Assembly (NCBI GenBank): GCA_049322915.1
Contig: JBMOPW010000011.1
Location: 1-64,000 of the forward strand
Length of the DNA stretch: 64,000 nt
Reading direction: 5' to 3'
Origin: Candidatus Zhuqueibacterota bacterium
Lineage (GTDB): Bacteria; Zhuqueibacterota; Zhuqueibacteria; Thermofontimicrobiales; Thermofontimicrobiaceae
Shown: positions 8,029 to 16,831 of the stretch, in pieces
Layout of the letters: every line of letters starts with the position of its first letter
Numbering within the stretch: the first letter of the stretch is position 1
The notes under the pieces: generated by a model
The model's input: only the letters and a program-made list of their open reading frames with translations
Databases searched by the model: none
What the model was told of the DNA's origin: nothing
Translations under genes and position numbers: made by a program

Positions 8029-10809
8029 TTAAAATCCAGCAGCTAAGCCGACCTGAAACGTCCTCGGCGCTCCGTAGTAATAGGGAACATTGACCCAGTC
8101 CTGGGAATAGTCCCAGTTGGACGACACATCCGGCTTACCGGTCGATCCGTTCACAATGTAGACATTGATCTTGTTGAGGATATTGGTGAAATCCGCATAG
8201 AACGTGAGTTTGATCTTGTCCCAGGTGTAATTTTTAGTCGCCCGCAGATCGACATTCATTGTCCAGGGTTTCCGCGCGCTGTTGGGTTCGTCGATTCTCA
8301 GACCGCGACTGCTCAACGGCGTGTAGGGCAACCCGCTTCCATAGTTGCCGACGATATTGACAGCCCAATTGCCGGGCCTGCCAAAGTCGAGCACAAAATT
8401 CACCGTGTGCGTCTGATCCCAATCCATGGTGACCATCTTCTTGGGCGGATAGGTTTTATTCACGGAGAAATTATACCAGTCGTTGTAACTGTCAGTCACA
8501 TCCGCGGCATTTCCTTCCGCTTTGGACAGCGTGTAGTTGATCTGACCGCCGAAATATTTGGAGAATCGCTTGTTCAATGTAAATTCAACGCCCTTGGCAT
8601 TGGCGTAATCCTGATTGATCAGCCGATGGTATTGCACCGGCACCGCCTGATAACGCCGATAGGTTGTATAGTCATAGATATTTTTGAAATAGAACGTCAC
8701 ATCAATCGCAATGTCCTCTGCCAGTTTTGTCTCCAATCCCAACTCATAAGCGATGGTTTTTTCCGGCTTGAGGTTGGCGTTTCCCAGCGTCGTATAAATG
8801 CCGTCGATAGCCATGTTCGGGAACGGATAATACGGGTCGTCCATATTTTCCGACTCGAACAAATAGGAATACTGGGGAATCTGATAGAAATGGCCGTAGG
8901 CAAAATGCAATACAGCCTTATCCATCACCGGATGAGCAAATCCCAGGCGGGGACTGATGTACATTTTCTTCTCGGCATCCACCAGGTTTTTCGTCGATGC
9001 CCCGGTCAGCGGATCCAGCACATACTCGGCCGTGGGCTGATGCGGATCGACCAGATATTTGGAGCGCGTATTCATATAATCCAGGCGCGCACCCGCATTG
9101 ACGACGATGCCCAGATTTTCGATTTCCATTTTGTCCTGAATATAGGCGGAACCCTCGATGGGTTTGTGCCGATATTTTTGAACCGCAGGAGCCGCAGTGT
9201 ACGGGCCGCTCACGTAGTGATAATTGAGTTCCGTCTGCTTGAGTTCAAAACCCAATTTGATCTGATGCACTCTGGTGATCTGGCTGGTCAGGTCGAACTT
9301 GCCGGAAGTGATGGTGTTCTCCCGATCCGACCAGGTCGCTCCGCCGCCTGAAGTCCAGACAGAATCGACATCATCCCAGAATACGGAATCAAATTCATAT
9401 TCCTGATCCGATGGAGAAATGTCCGCCAGGCCGGTGTACACGCCATCTTCATTGAAAATCTGCCATTCCCCATTTTCGTCCTGCATGCTGAAAAAGTCCT
9501 CGGCCTTGTAGCGATAGGTCGAGCGATGCGTGTAAAAAATGGAGGATTTAATTGTATAGAACGTGCTCTGGCCCAACTGATGCATCAACGTCCCGTTCAA
9601 CAAATAGTTGTTGTCGTAATTGGTGGATGTATTTTGCGGGACGTACTTATTTGTGTGCGAATAATTCTTGTATTTTTGTTTTCCACCCACAGCGCCCAGG
9701 GTCAGCTTGATTGGCGTTATCGGGCGCAAAACGATCTTCGCGTTCGCGCGGCGTTCTTTCTGGAATGGCTGACCGGTCCAGCCGAGATAGGTGTCCGTAT
9801 CCAGCGCATCGCCGGCGACGAAGAACGTATTATTATGGCCCAGGAATGGAATGGGCCCGCTCAAATCAGCTTCGGCATGAAATTCATTGTAGTCAGTCAC
9901 GGTTTTGGTCTTCCGCTCCCAGAAACGGGGATCGTAAATATTCTGACCCGGCGTAGATTGGGGATTGTTGCTGGCGTTGACCAAATTACCGTCGCTGTCC
10001 ACCCAGCGACCGAACTCATCCAAATATTTAAAGATGTGATCATACTCATGGGGATTGACAAACTTATCCGTCAGAAAACGGATTCGACCGCTGTAATTAT
10101 TCTGCCCCTCTTTGGTGACGATGTTCAAAATGCCGGACATGGCCTCGCCGTACTCCGCGTTGAATGTTCCGGTCATCACGGCGAGTTCGGAGATACCGAC
10201 ATTGGCCACATCGCTGCCCATTCCGCCGAAGAGTGGATCTTCGACGTAAAAACCGTCGATCATATAGGCCAATTCATTGGACCGCCCGCCGCGGACATTG
10301 AACTCCCTGACATCGCCGGTGCCGCTTTCGACAAAACCAGCCGTGGTCACCAGCACTTCCTCGAATGTGGAGACCGGCATTTTATCGATTTCTTCACTGG
10401 TTGTCACCGCAGTCGATGACGTTACATCCTTTTCGATCATCGGTTTTTCAGCGACAATCTCGACCACTTCGCCTTCGATGACTGTCACTTCCAGTTCAAA
10501 ATCCAGTTTTGTGGTCAGGTCAACGATCACCTGGACCTCTGAAATGACCGTGGCTTTGTAGCCCATCATCATCGCTTTGACGCGATATTTTCCGGGCGGC
10601 ACATTGATGACGTAGAAATATCCATTCATATCTGTGGACGCCCCCATTGGTGTCCCCTCCAGAAACACACTTGCCCCGGGGAGAGGGGCGCCAGTCTGTT
10701 TATCTGTTACCAATCCGGAGATCTTTCCGGTCGTGCCACCCATAAGCATGGGCGCCACACAGAGAATCAACAGAAAAAACAGAGCAACACTCCTAAAAAC
10801 GTTGCGCAT
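8029..10809 (-). CDS. TonB-dependent receptor (CarboxypepD-reg-like N-domain, plug, barrel), module 3
   Basis: TTGKISG..LPGA.V, plug motifs NVRGGRSNE and TGTFNAEYGEAMSG, SPRLGFA, GNANLKPEKT, C-terminal Phe. Confidence 0.9.
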   Translation of the reverse strand: MRNVFRSVALFFLLILCVAPMLMGGTTGKISGLVTDKQTGAPLPGASVFLEGTPMGASTDMNGYFYVINVPPGKYRVKAMMMGYKATVISEVQVIVDLTTKLDFELEVTVIEGEVVEIVAEKPMIEKDVTSSTAVTTSEEIDKMPVSTFEEVLVTTAGFVESGTGDVREFNVRGGRSNELAYMIDGFYVEDPLFGGMGSDVANVGISELAVMTGTFNAEYGEAMSGILNIVTKEGQNNYSGRIRFLTDKFVNPHEYDHIFKYLDEFGRWVDSDGNLVNASNNPQSTPGQNIYDPRFWERKTKTVTDYNEFHAEADLSGPIPFLGHNNTFFVAGDALDTDTYLGWTGQPFQKERRANAKIVLRPITPIKLTLGAVGGKQKYKNYSHTNKYVPQNTSTNYDNNYLLNGTLMHQLGQSTFYTIKSSIFYTHRSTYRYKAEDFFSMQDENGEWQIFNEDGVYTGLADISPSDQEYEFDSVFWDDVDSVWTSGGGATWSDRENTITSGKFDLTSQITRVHQIKLGFELKQTELNYHYVSGPYTAAPAVQKYRHKPIEGSAYIQDKMEIENLGIVVNAGARLDYMNTRSKYLVDPHQPTAEYVLDPLTGASTKNLVDAEKKMYISPRLGFAHPVMDKAVLHFAYGHFYQIPQYSYLFESENMDDPYYPFPNMAIDGIYTTLGNANLKPEKTIAYELGLETKLAEDIAIDVTFYFKNIYDYTTYRRYQAVPVQYHRLINQDYANAKGVEFTLNKRFSKYFGGQINYTLSKAEGNAADVTDSYNDWYNFSVNKTYPPKKMVTMDWDQTHTVNFVLDFGRPGNWAVNIVGNYGSGLPYTPLSSRGLRIDEPNSARKPWTMNVDLRATKNYTWDKIKLTFYADFTNILNKINVYIVNGSTGKPDVSSNWDYSQDWVNVPYYYGAPRTFQVGLAAGF

Positions 10810-11785
10810 AAATCAGTCCTCCTATTTATTATGTGTGATAATTGAATTGATAACAACGAAGAGCGGTCCAGCGTTCACCTCCTTCCAGGGGATCCAATTG
10901 AGTTCTGCGTTCATAAAAACACCCTCTTCTTTTAACCTCAATCGTCCATTCGCATGCATCCCGGCAAATCGATCACAGGAGCCTGGTTCACAGATTGAAT
11001 GTCGTCGCATGTTTCGCAGACGAATCCGATAGCGCTCGAAATTGCCATCGATGACCGAGACTCACCTTTTGCGCATTGGACGGTCGGTGAACAGAATGTG
11101 CTTCATGGCAGCCAGCACAATGCATTGCGCCGGATTCCATCGCTCTGACACATGATGTGACTTAATTTTGTGGCAGTATGCACAGACTTGCCTGCTCGGT
11201 TCATTATCCCGGCGCTCGGGACAGACCGAAGCCGTACTGTCCGTCGAAAGCGTGTTGCAATATTCGAAGCGATTCGATCGGGGTGCAGGGTTTCGCGCAC
11301 TTCAATCACGAGTAAATCACTCGCTGCACGCAGTGGGCATTCCGGTTTTCCCGGCGCCGCGTCATTGCTACATCATCTTCACTGACTCAACTCAGACCGG
11401 GAATTTCACAGGCCGGGATTCCGCAGCGGTTCATTTCGCCCGCGCCGGCAGCATTCAAATAAGCTCCCTATAAGTAATTGAAAAAATGGCAAAAAATCAA
11501 TAACCCATTCAGGGCATTTTCATTCTATCGAGGGAAATTCGTGGCTCTCAATTTAAGTTTTTGGACATGGATGAATTCACAATGAACTGCGTTGCCAAAA
11601 GAACGCGTTAGAGGAGCGCGATATTGGGATGGCAGACCGACGTGACGGTCGTTCGGGTTCATCCCAATTTCCATTCGCCGCTGCTGAGCAAATACGGATA
11701 AAAAATATGGTCATCGTCCGGCCACTTGATCGCGCTGGATATTCATCCAGCGTCCGGGGAGTGGACGTGGCAATTCATTGTAAAA

Positions 11786-11992
11786 AAAGTTCGACACCTT
11801 GAATAGCCCCGACTTTTAAGTCGGCGAACAGAATTTTACCGTATATTTTTGAGCGTTAGCCGCTTTTCAGCGCCGACTCATTCCTATACTATGAAATTCA
11901 ATTTCATTTTTAAAACCACATTCAGCTTTTCAGAATCGATAATTTCAGATGTATCTTTTTCTTTGTGCCTTCGAGACTCTGAGGCTGATAAG
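11786..11992. repeat. Dispersed ~200 bp non-coding repeat, copy 1 (REP/MITE-like)
   Basis: Aligns with 40276-40643 through ACCTTGAA..GCCCCGACTTT.AAGTCGG, ACTCATTC.TATA..TGAAATTCAATTT.ATTTTTAAAACCA.ATTCA.CTTTTCAGAATCGATAATTT and TTGTG.CTT.GAGA. Confidence 0.8.
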
Positions 11993-12022
11993 TTTCAAAT
12001 ATGAAAGAACGTACCTGACATA

Positions 12023-12061
12023 AAAATCAAAAAGCTCCTCATCAGGGAGCCTTTTGATTTT
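12023..12061 (-). terminator. Intrinsic terminator ending the module 1-2 operon
   Basis: AAAATCAAAAGGCTCC-loop-GGAGCTTTTTGATTTT on the minus strand; the G-U pair favours minus-strand RNA. Lies 20 bp after the PorV stop. Confidence 0.75.
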
Positions 12062-12080
12062 GATGAACGATGGAGATATT

Positions 12081-13112
12081 TTAAAATTCAAAAGCAAGGC
12101 TGAACCGCTGCACTTCATTCAGAATGCCGAAATCAGCGAACGAGTAATCGATTTTCAGTTTGAAATTCCCAGGCAGAGAATAGGCGAGGCCGGCGCCTAA
12201 TGTCAGCCCTTCTTCGCTGTCTTTCATGTACAGATTCTTGTAACCGCAGCGTAAAAAAATCATATTCTTCAACGCGTACTCGGTTCCAATATTGATGTAC
12301 TCGGTATTGTCGTTGGGATGCATGGCGTCCATCGCGACAGTCCAGCGATAATTGTAATTATCGATCACGTTCATCGCCACGCCAAATCGGAACAGCAGCG
12401 GCAGAGACCATTTTTCGGTTCGCATGTTGCCCACAATTTTATTGTTATTGCCTTCTTTTCCAGGGGCAATATCGACAGGAATCTGGGTATCGCTGCCGAG
12501 CATCTGCATTTTATTGCCAAAATTGCTGATGCTCATACCGATGGTCATGCCCCGAAACTGGGTCGTGAACAGCGTGCCAATATCAAGGGCGATACTGGAT
12601 GCGCTCATGTGCCACAATTTCTGCTGAATATACTTTGCTGTAAAACCGATGGAAAACCGATCCGTCAGATTTCTCGCATACGATGTTCCAATGGCAATAT
12701 CGCTGGCTGAGAATCTTTCATCGGTACCTTCGGGGTAAGTGATGGTTCTCACTTCCATTTCATCCATGGACAACGATGTGAAGCTCAATCCCACAGCGCC
12801 GAAACTGCCGAGAGGAATGCACACGCCGGCATAGTCGAAATAGGTTTCCGCCAGCCAGTTGGTATGATTGAGGGTAACGCCGACACCGGTCAGTCGCGCA
12901 AGGCCAGCCGGGTTCCAGTACAGGGCTGTGGCGTCGTTCGCCAGAGCAACGAACGCGCCGCCCATGCCAATGGCCCGGGCGCCGACTTCAACTGCAAGGA
13001 ATGGCGCGGCGGTCGTACCCACTTTGGAAACATCCGATACAAATTCCTGGCCGATCACAGGAGTAAGCTGGACCAGGCACACAAAAAGTAAAAGGATAAT
13101 AATCTTTTTCAT
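12081..13112 (-). CDS. PorV/PorQ-family outer-membrane beta-barrel, module 2
   Basis: KVGTTAAPFLAVEVGARAIGMGGAFVA, ALYWNPAG, C-terminal RFSLAFEF. Confidence 0.85.
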   Translation of the reverse strand: MKKIIILLLFVCLVQLTPVIGQEFVSDVSKVGTTAAPFLAVEVGARAIGMGGAFVALANDATALYWNPAGLARLTGVGVTLNHTNWLAETYFDYAGVCIPLGSFGAVGLSFTSLSMDEMEVRTITYPEGTDERFSASDIAIGTSYARNLTDRFSIGFTAKYIQQKLWHMSASSIALDIGTLFTTQFRGMTIGMSISNFGNKMQMLGSDTQIPVDIAPGKEGNNNKIVGNMRTEKWSLPLLFRFGVAMNVIDNYNYRWTVAMDAMHPNDNTEYINIGTEYALKNMIFLRCGYKNLYMKDSEEGLTLGAGLAYSLPGNFKLKIDYSFADFGILNEVQRFSLAFEF

Positions 13113-13129
13113 CAGTCAAAACCTCCTAA

Positions 13130-16100
13130 CTATTTGATCACCGCAAATTTATCTATATGACTCTCACCGGTCGGTGTGCTGACATGGTAAATGTAAACGC
13201 CATACGCGATGTCCATGCCATCCTTGGAAATCAGATTCCAGGACTCGGAGCCGTCGTCAATGGCGCTGTCGTGTTCGATCGTATCCACCAGATACCCGCG
13301 CATGGTAAAAATCTTGATGGTACACTTTTGCGGCAGGTGAATGAAATCAATTTTGCGAATCCCACGACCGGATGAATAGTAATGTTGCGGTTCCCATGAG
13401 GCTGTAACAATATATGGATTGGGTACAACCGCTATTTTTTCCAGACTTTGCTTTGAATGAGCCACCTTCTTATCCACATAGGGCGCTCGGGCCGTGAATG
13501 TAAAATGATCGTCGCTCGTAAATGGTTTATCTACGGCAATACGAAAAATGTCCCCCGGTTTGGGCGGAATTTTTTCAACAAAAATGGTATCGACGATGAT
13601 CTGGCGGATTTCTCCTTCGGCGTTCTCCACCGGATTGCCGTTGGCGTCGAGGGAGTCCCGCATGACGTAGATATCCGATGGTTCCCAGAACTTGACCTGC
13701 CACGTGCCGCGCACGCGGTTATTCACGAGTGTGGCCGGCGTCAAATAATCCTGACTGGACAACATGGAGTCTTTATCCGTGTCAAAGAAGACAAAGTCCG
13801 CAGTATCGCCGGTGGAGCTATTGAACACTTTGAAATTCGCCGGTTTGCCATTCTTCGAGACCGATACGATATCATCATAAATTACGATATGATAGTCAAA
13901 GGGCACGCGGACGCCCTGGTTGGAATAGAGTGTGACAGAGTACTCGTAATTCGATTGCGTCCGGTTCGGCTCCGGAATGGGATCGTTGGGACCAATCAGT
14001 CCGTACTGCGCCATGTAGTGTTGAAGCTGATCGCCCTGCAACCAACCGCTTTCCGCCTGATTGGCTTGCAAAGAGTCGTTGCTGATCAACACGCGCAGTC
14101 CGTCAAAATAGCTGTTGAAATCTTCCCCGAACAGATAAGGACTATCGTAAACAGGGTAATATTGATAGCTGACTTCAGCGTAATAGACTTTTCCCCCATT
14201 GCTGATGGGCAGGGAGCCTCCGGGCAACGCCCTGAAATTCCCGACATCAAATCCGACTTCGTAATCCACGCCGATCTGATATTCCTTATCCTCGCCGGGC
14301 AGCTTCACCACGGTCGACGAGGGAACCAGTTGTATGCGTTTCATCAGCACCCACTGGGTGTCGAGCTTGACTGTTTCCGTAAATACCCGAAAATCTTTCA
14401 CGTAGAAGGTCGTATCCGTGATGACTTTTGTCGAACCCTCCATTTCAAAATGGCTGCTGTCATCAAAAGTAATTTCGTACTGAACGCCATCAACGATCCT
14501 GGTCGGGTCCAGTGGCTCGACGCGTATTTCGCCGGTGCCATTTCCTCCAATGCGTTCGACCCAGCCATTATCCGTGGTCAACTCCGGCGGATCCACATAG
14601 CCCGCTGCCGGCGCGTTGGGAACCACTTGCACGGTGTTTATATCCAGGAAATTCACCACACCGCTGGCGTCGAACTGTATCTTCTTTTCGCACCATGAAG
14701 GCGCTTTTGCCTGGAGACTGTCGAAAACGGACAAGCCCCTGGCGTAAAAATCATCGTAATAGCCCTTGTCGTACGAACAAACGGCGTAGAAATAGGTCTG
14801 GCCATTTTCCACCAGTCCAGCCCATGTTTGTCCGGAATCGACAAAGGTATATTGCAGACCGTTGTCCGTGCCCGTATTGAACTGCACACCATCGCGTCCG
14901 ACCGGGTGCGGGCCTTTCAAGCCATCGGCTATATCGAACTGGGCGATGGGTTTATTGAACGCCGGATTGCCATAGGTATCTGTGCCAATGTAGCTTTCCA
15001 GAAAACCGGGATCCGTCGCGCGGTAGATGAGGTATCCTTCAAAGTCATAGCCGTAAATCGGGTCGCGCGAACCCTCGGCGCGTTTGTCCCAGTACAGCGT
15101 GACGCGCTCGTCGCCGGGCACTGCTGTGACATTGGGCTTCAACGGGACTGCTGCGAAATTGTAGTCATGATCGTAAATTTGCTGCATGGTCATGGCATTG
15201 CGCACCAGGTCATCCCGGTCAACGCCCATGACCATACTGATGGCGAATTTCCGGCGTGAGTTTGGATCCGGCGCCGGCGGCAGGCTGAAATAACCGGAAC
15301 CGTAATGCATCACAATATCGACCTCGCCGACTGGCTTGGCAAAGGAGCCGGGCACTGTTTGCTGCCACGTGAGTTGATCATCGGCCAGATCGATGATCGA
15401 CTTTTTCCAGTCCGCGCTCATGAAACTGGTCAAACCAATCTGGTCTGATTCATCATTATCTGTATATTCAAAATTGGGCTCGCCGCGATCCGGCACACCA
15501 TTGCCCTCGGTTCCATTTCTATCCGGCCCGGGGTATTCGGGATTGTCTGAACCCAGACCATCCGTACCAATGTCGTCAATCAGGGGATCCCAGTCGCCAT
15601 CGTTATCGATCCCATCTTCCTGGCTTTCATCCCAGGGATTGCCATCCGCTCCGATCAATCCATCTCCATCATCATCCTTGCCGTTTGTCGGATTGCCTGG
15701 CGATTCCAAAAATTTCCAACCGAAAAATCCCGGCACAAAGCCTCCATCCGCCGGACTCCACAGATCTCTGTCCCACTGATAGACAATATCCTGCTCCTGG
15801 TTGAACTCGGACAGGTCGTCGCTGTTGTCCTCCTGCTCTCCGATATCAGCGTCACCGTACATGCCAAAGACAACCTTCTCGTACAGCGTTTTGCCGACGT
15901 TGGTGATCCAGTAGGTGAAGATAATGATATCTTCAGCGGCAGGATCTGACCATTGGTAACCGCGCACTTCCACGTCAACGGCCAGGCCGCGTTTCGATGA
16001 ATCATCGGGATTGGGGAAAAAATTCCATTCATCGTTGGCGTCGTCATTCATGCGGAAGTAGGATTCCTGGGACGCGCGATTGTAGGCGCCGTATTGTCCA

Positions 16101-16699
16101 TTCCAGAACGGAATGCCGGTGTTGGGATTGACCCAATCCGGGCGATCCGGCCAGATCCAGGGCCAGCTATCCGGCTTGCCGTCATCATCCGCGGAGCCCA
16201 TGTGCGCCGGGATATCATCGCGACCATCGTTGTCGGATGAACCCTGGCCATCGTACATGGCGATGTAATCCTGTGTTTCATCTGAATAGCCCGGGATGGG
16301 TTCAAAACAGTACTGATATTCGCTGCCCGGCGCCATATCTGCGCGGCCAACATCGCCAAGCCCATCACTGAAAATTCGGCGCAATTGATTGTCCGCGTCA
16401 AGAACTTCAGCGCCGACAATCGGCGTGAATTCTGCAAAATAACTATGGCCGGAACTCTTCGGGAAAATACCGGATTGAAGCCGGTTGGAATCACCCCACC
16501 AGTTACCGATGTCGCCATAGTTGAAATAAATCGTGAGAATGTTATTTCCATCGTGGATACCCTGTTTGCGATGCTCGTGGCCTAACGGTTTTTTCAATGA
16601 AGCGCGGGACGTGTACTTATCCCCGCCGCAAAAGGCCGGCAGGGTCCACGCAAACAGGATGATTAAGACAAATCCAATTAGCTTTTTATTGAATGACAT
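13130..16699 (-). CDS. Large secreted protein with Asp-rich DxDxDG repeats, FN3-like domain and variant CTD, module 2
   Basis: Signal peptide after GGAGG; HDGNNI..FNYG, GWKFLESPG, GKDDDGDG/GIDNDGDW, PGDERVTLYW, FEGYLIYR; CTD IAVVPNPY..FIHLP..WNL..KFAVIK. Confidence 0.75.
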   Translation of the reverse strand: MSFNKKLIGFVLIILFAWTLPAFCGGDKYTSRASLKKPLGHEHRKQGIHDGNNILTIYFNYGDIGNWWGDSNRLQSGIFPKSSGHSYFAEFTPIVGAEVLDADNQLRRIFSDGLGDVGRADMAPGSEYQYCFEPIPGYSDETQDYIAMYDGQGSSDNDGRDDIPAHMGSADDDGKPDSWPWIWPDRPDWVNPNTGIPFWNGQYGAYNRASQESYFRMNDDANDEWNFFPNPDDSSKRGLAVDVEVRGYQWSDPAAEDIIIFTYWITNVGKTLYEKVVFGMYGDADIGEQEDNSDDLSEFNQEQDIVYQWDRDLWSPADGGFVPGFFGWKFLESPGNPTNGKDDDGDGLIGADGNPWDESQEDGIDNDGDWDPLIDDIGTDGLGSDNPEYPGPDRNGTEGNGVPDRGEPNFEYTDNDESDQIGLTSFMSADWKKSIIDLADDQLTWQQTVPGSFAKPVGEVDIVMHYGSGYFSLPPAPDPNSRRKFAISMVMGVDRDDLVRNAMTMQQIYDHDYNFAAVPLKPNVTAVPGDERVTLYWDKRAEGSRDPIYGYDFEGYLIYRATDPGFLESYIGTDTYGNPAFNKPIAQFDIADGLKGPHPVGRDGVQFNTGTDNGLQYTFVDSGQTWAGLVENGQTYFYAVCSYDKGYYDDFYARGLSVFDSLQAKAPSWCEKKIQFDASGVVNFLDINTVQVVPNAPAAGYVDPPELTTDNGWVERIGGNGTGEIRVEPLDPTRIVDGVQYEITFDDSSHFEMEGSTKVITDTTFYVKDFRVFTETVKLDTQWVLMKRIQLVPSSTVVKLPGEDKEYQIGVDYEVGFDVGNFRALPGGSLPISNGGKVYYAEVSYQYYPVYDSPYLFGEDFNSYFDGLRVLISNDSLQANQAESGWLQGDQLQHYMAQYGLIGPNDPIPEPNRTQSNYEYSVTLYSNQGVRVPFDYHIVIYDDIVSVSKNGKPANFKVFNSSTGDTADFVFFDTDKDSMLSSQDYLTPATLVNNRVRGTWQVKFWEPSDIYVMRDSLDANGNPVENAEGEIRQIIVDTIFVEKIPPKPGDIFRIAVDKPFTSDDHFTFTARAPYVDKKVAHSKQSLEKIAVVPNPYIVTASWEPQHYYSSGRGIRKIDFIHLPQKCTIKIFTMRGYLVDTIEHDSAIDDGSESWNLISKDGMDIAYGVYIYHVSTPTGESHIDKFAVIK

Positions 16700-16831
16700 C
16701 CAGAACCTCCGTGACAAAATGAACAATTCATACTGAACGTGCTTTCACACGGGTGTATTGGTTTAAATCAACGCATCGGTTCAAGCGACATACTTTGTGC
16801 CGGTATGCCAATTTCCCCGGGCACGCTCTGG

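Noticed and set aside
11395..11455. GGGAA...GGATTCCGCAGCGG...CCCGC resembling a cobalamin riboswitch upstream of a TBDR
   Set aside because: It is on the strand opposite to the TBDR and lacks a recognisable B12 box.
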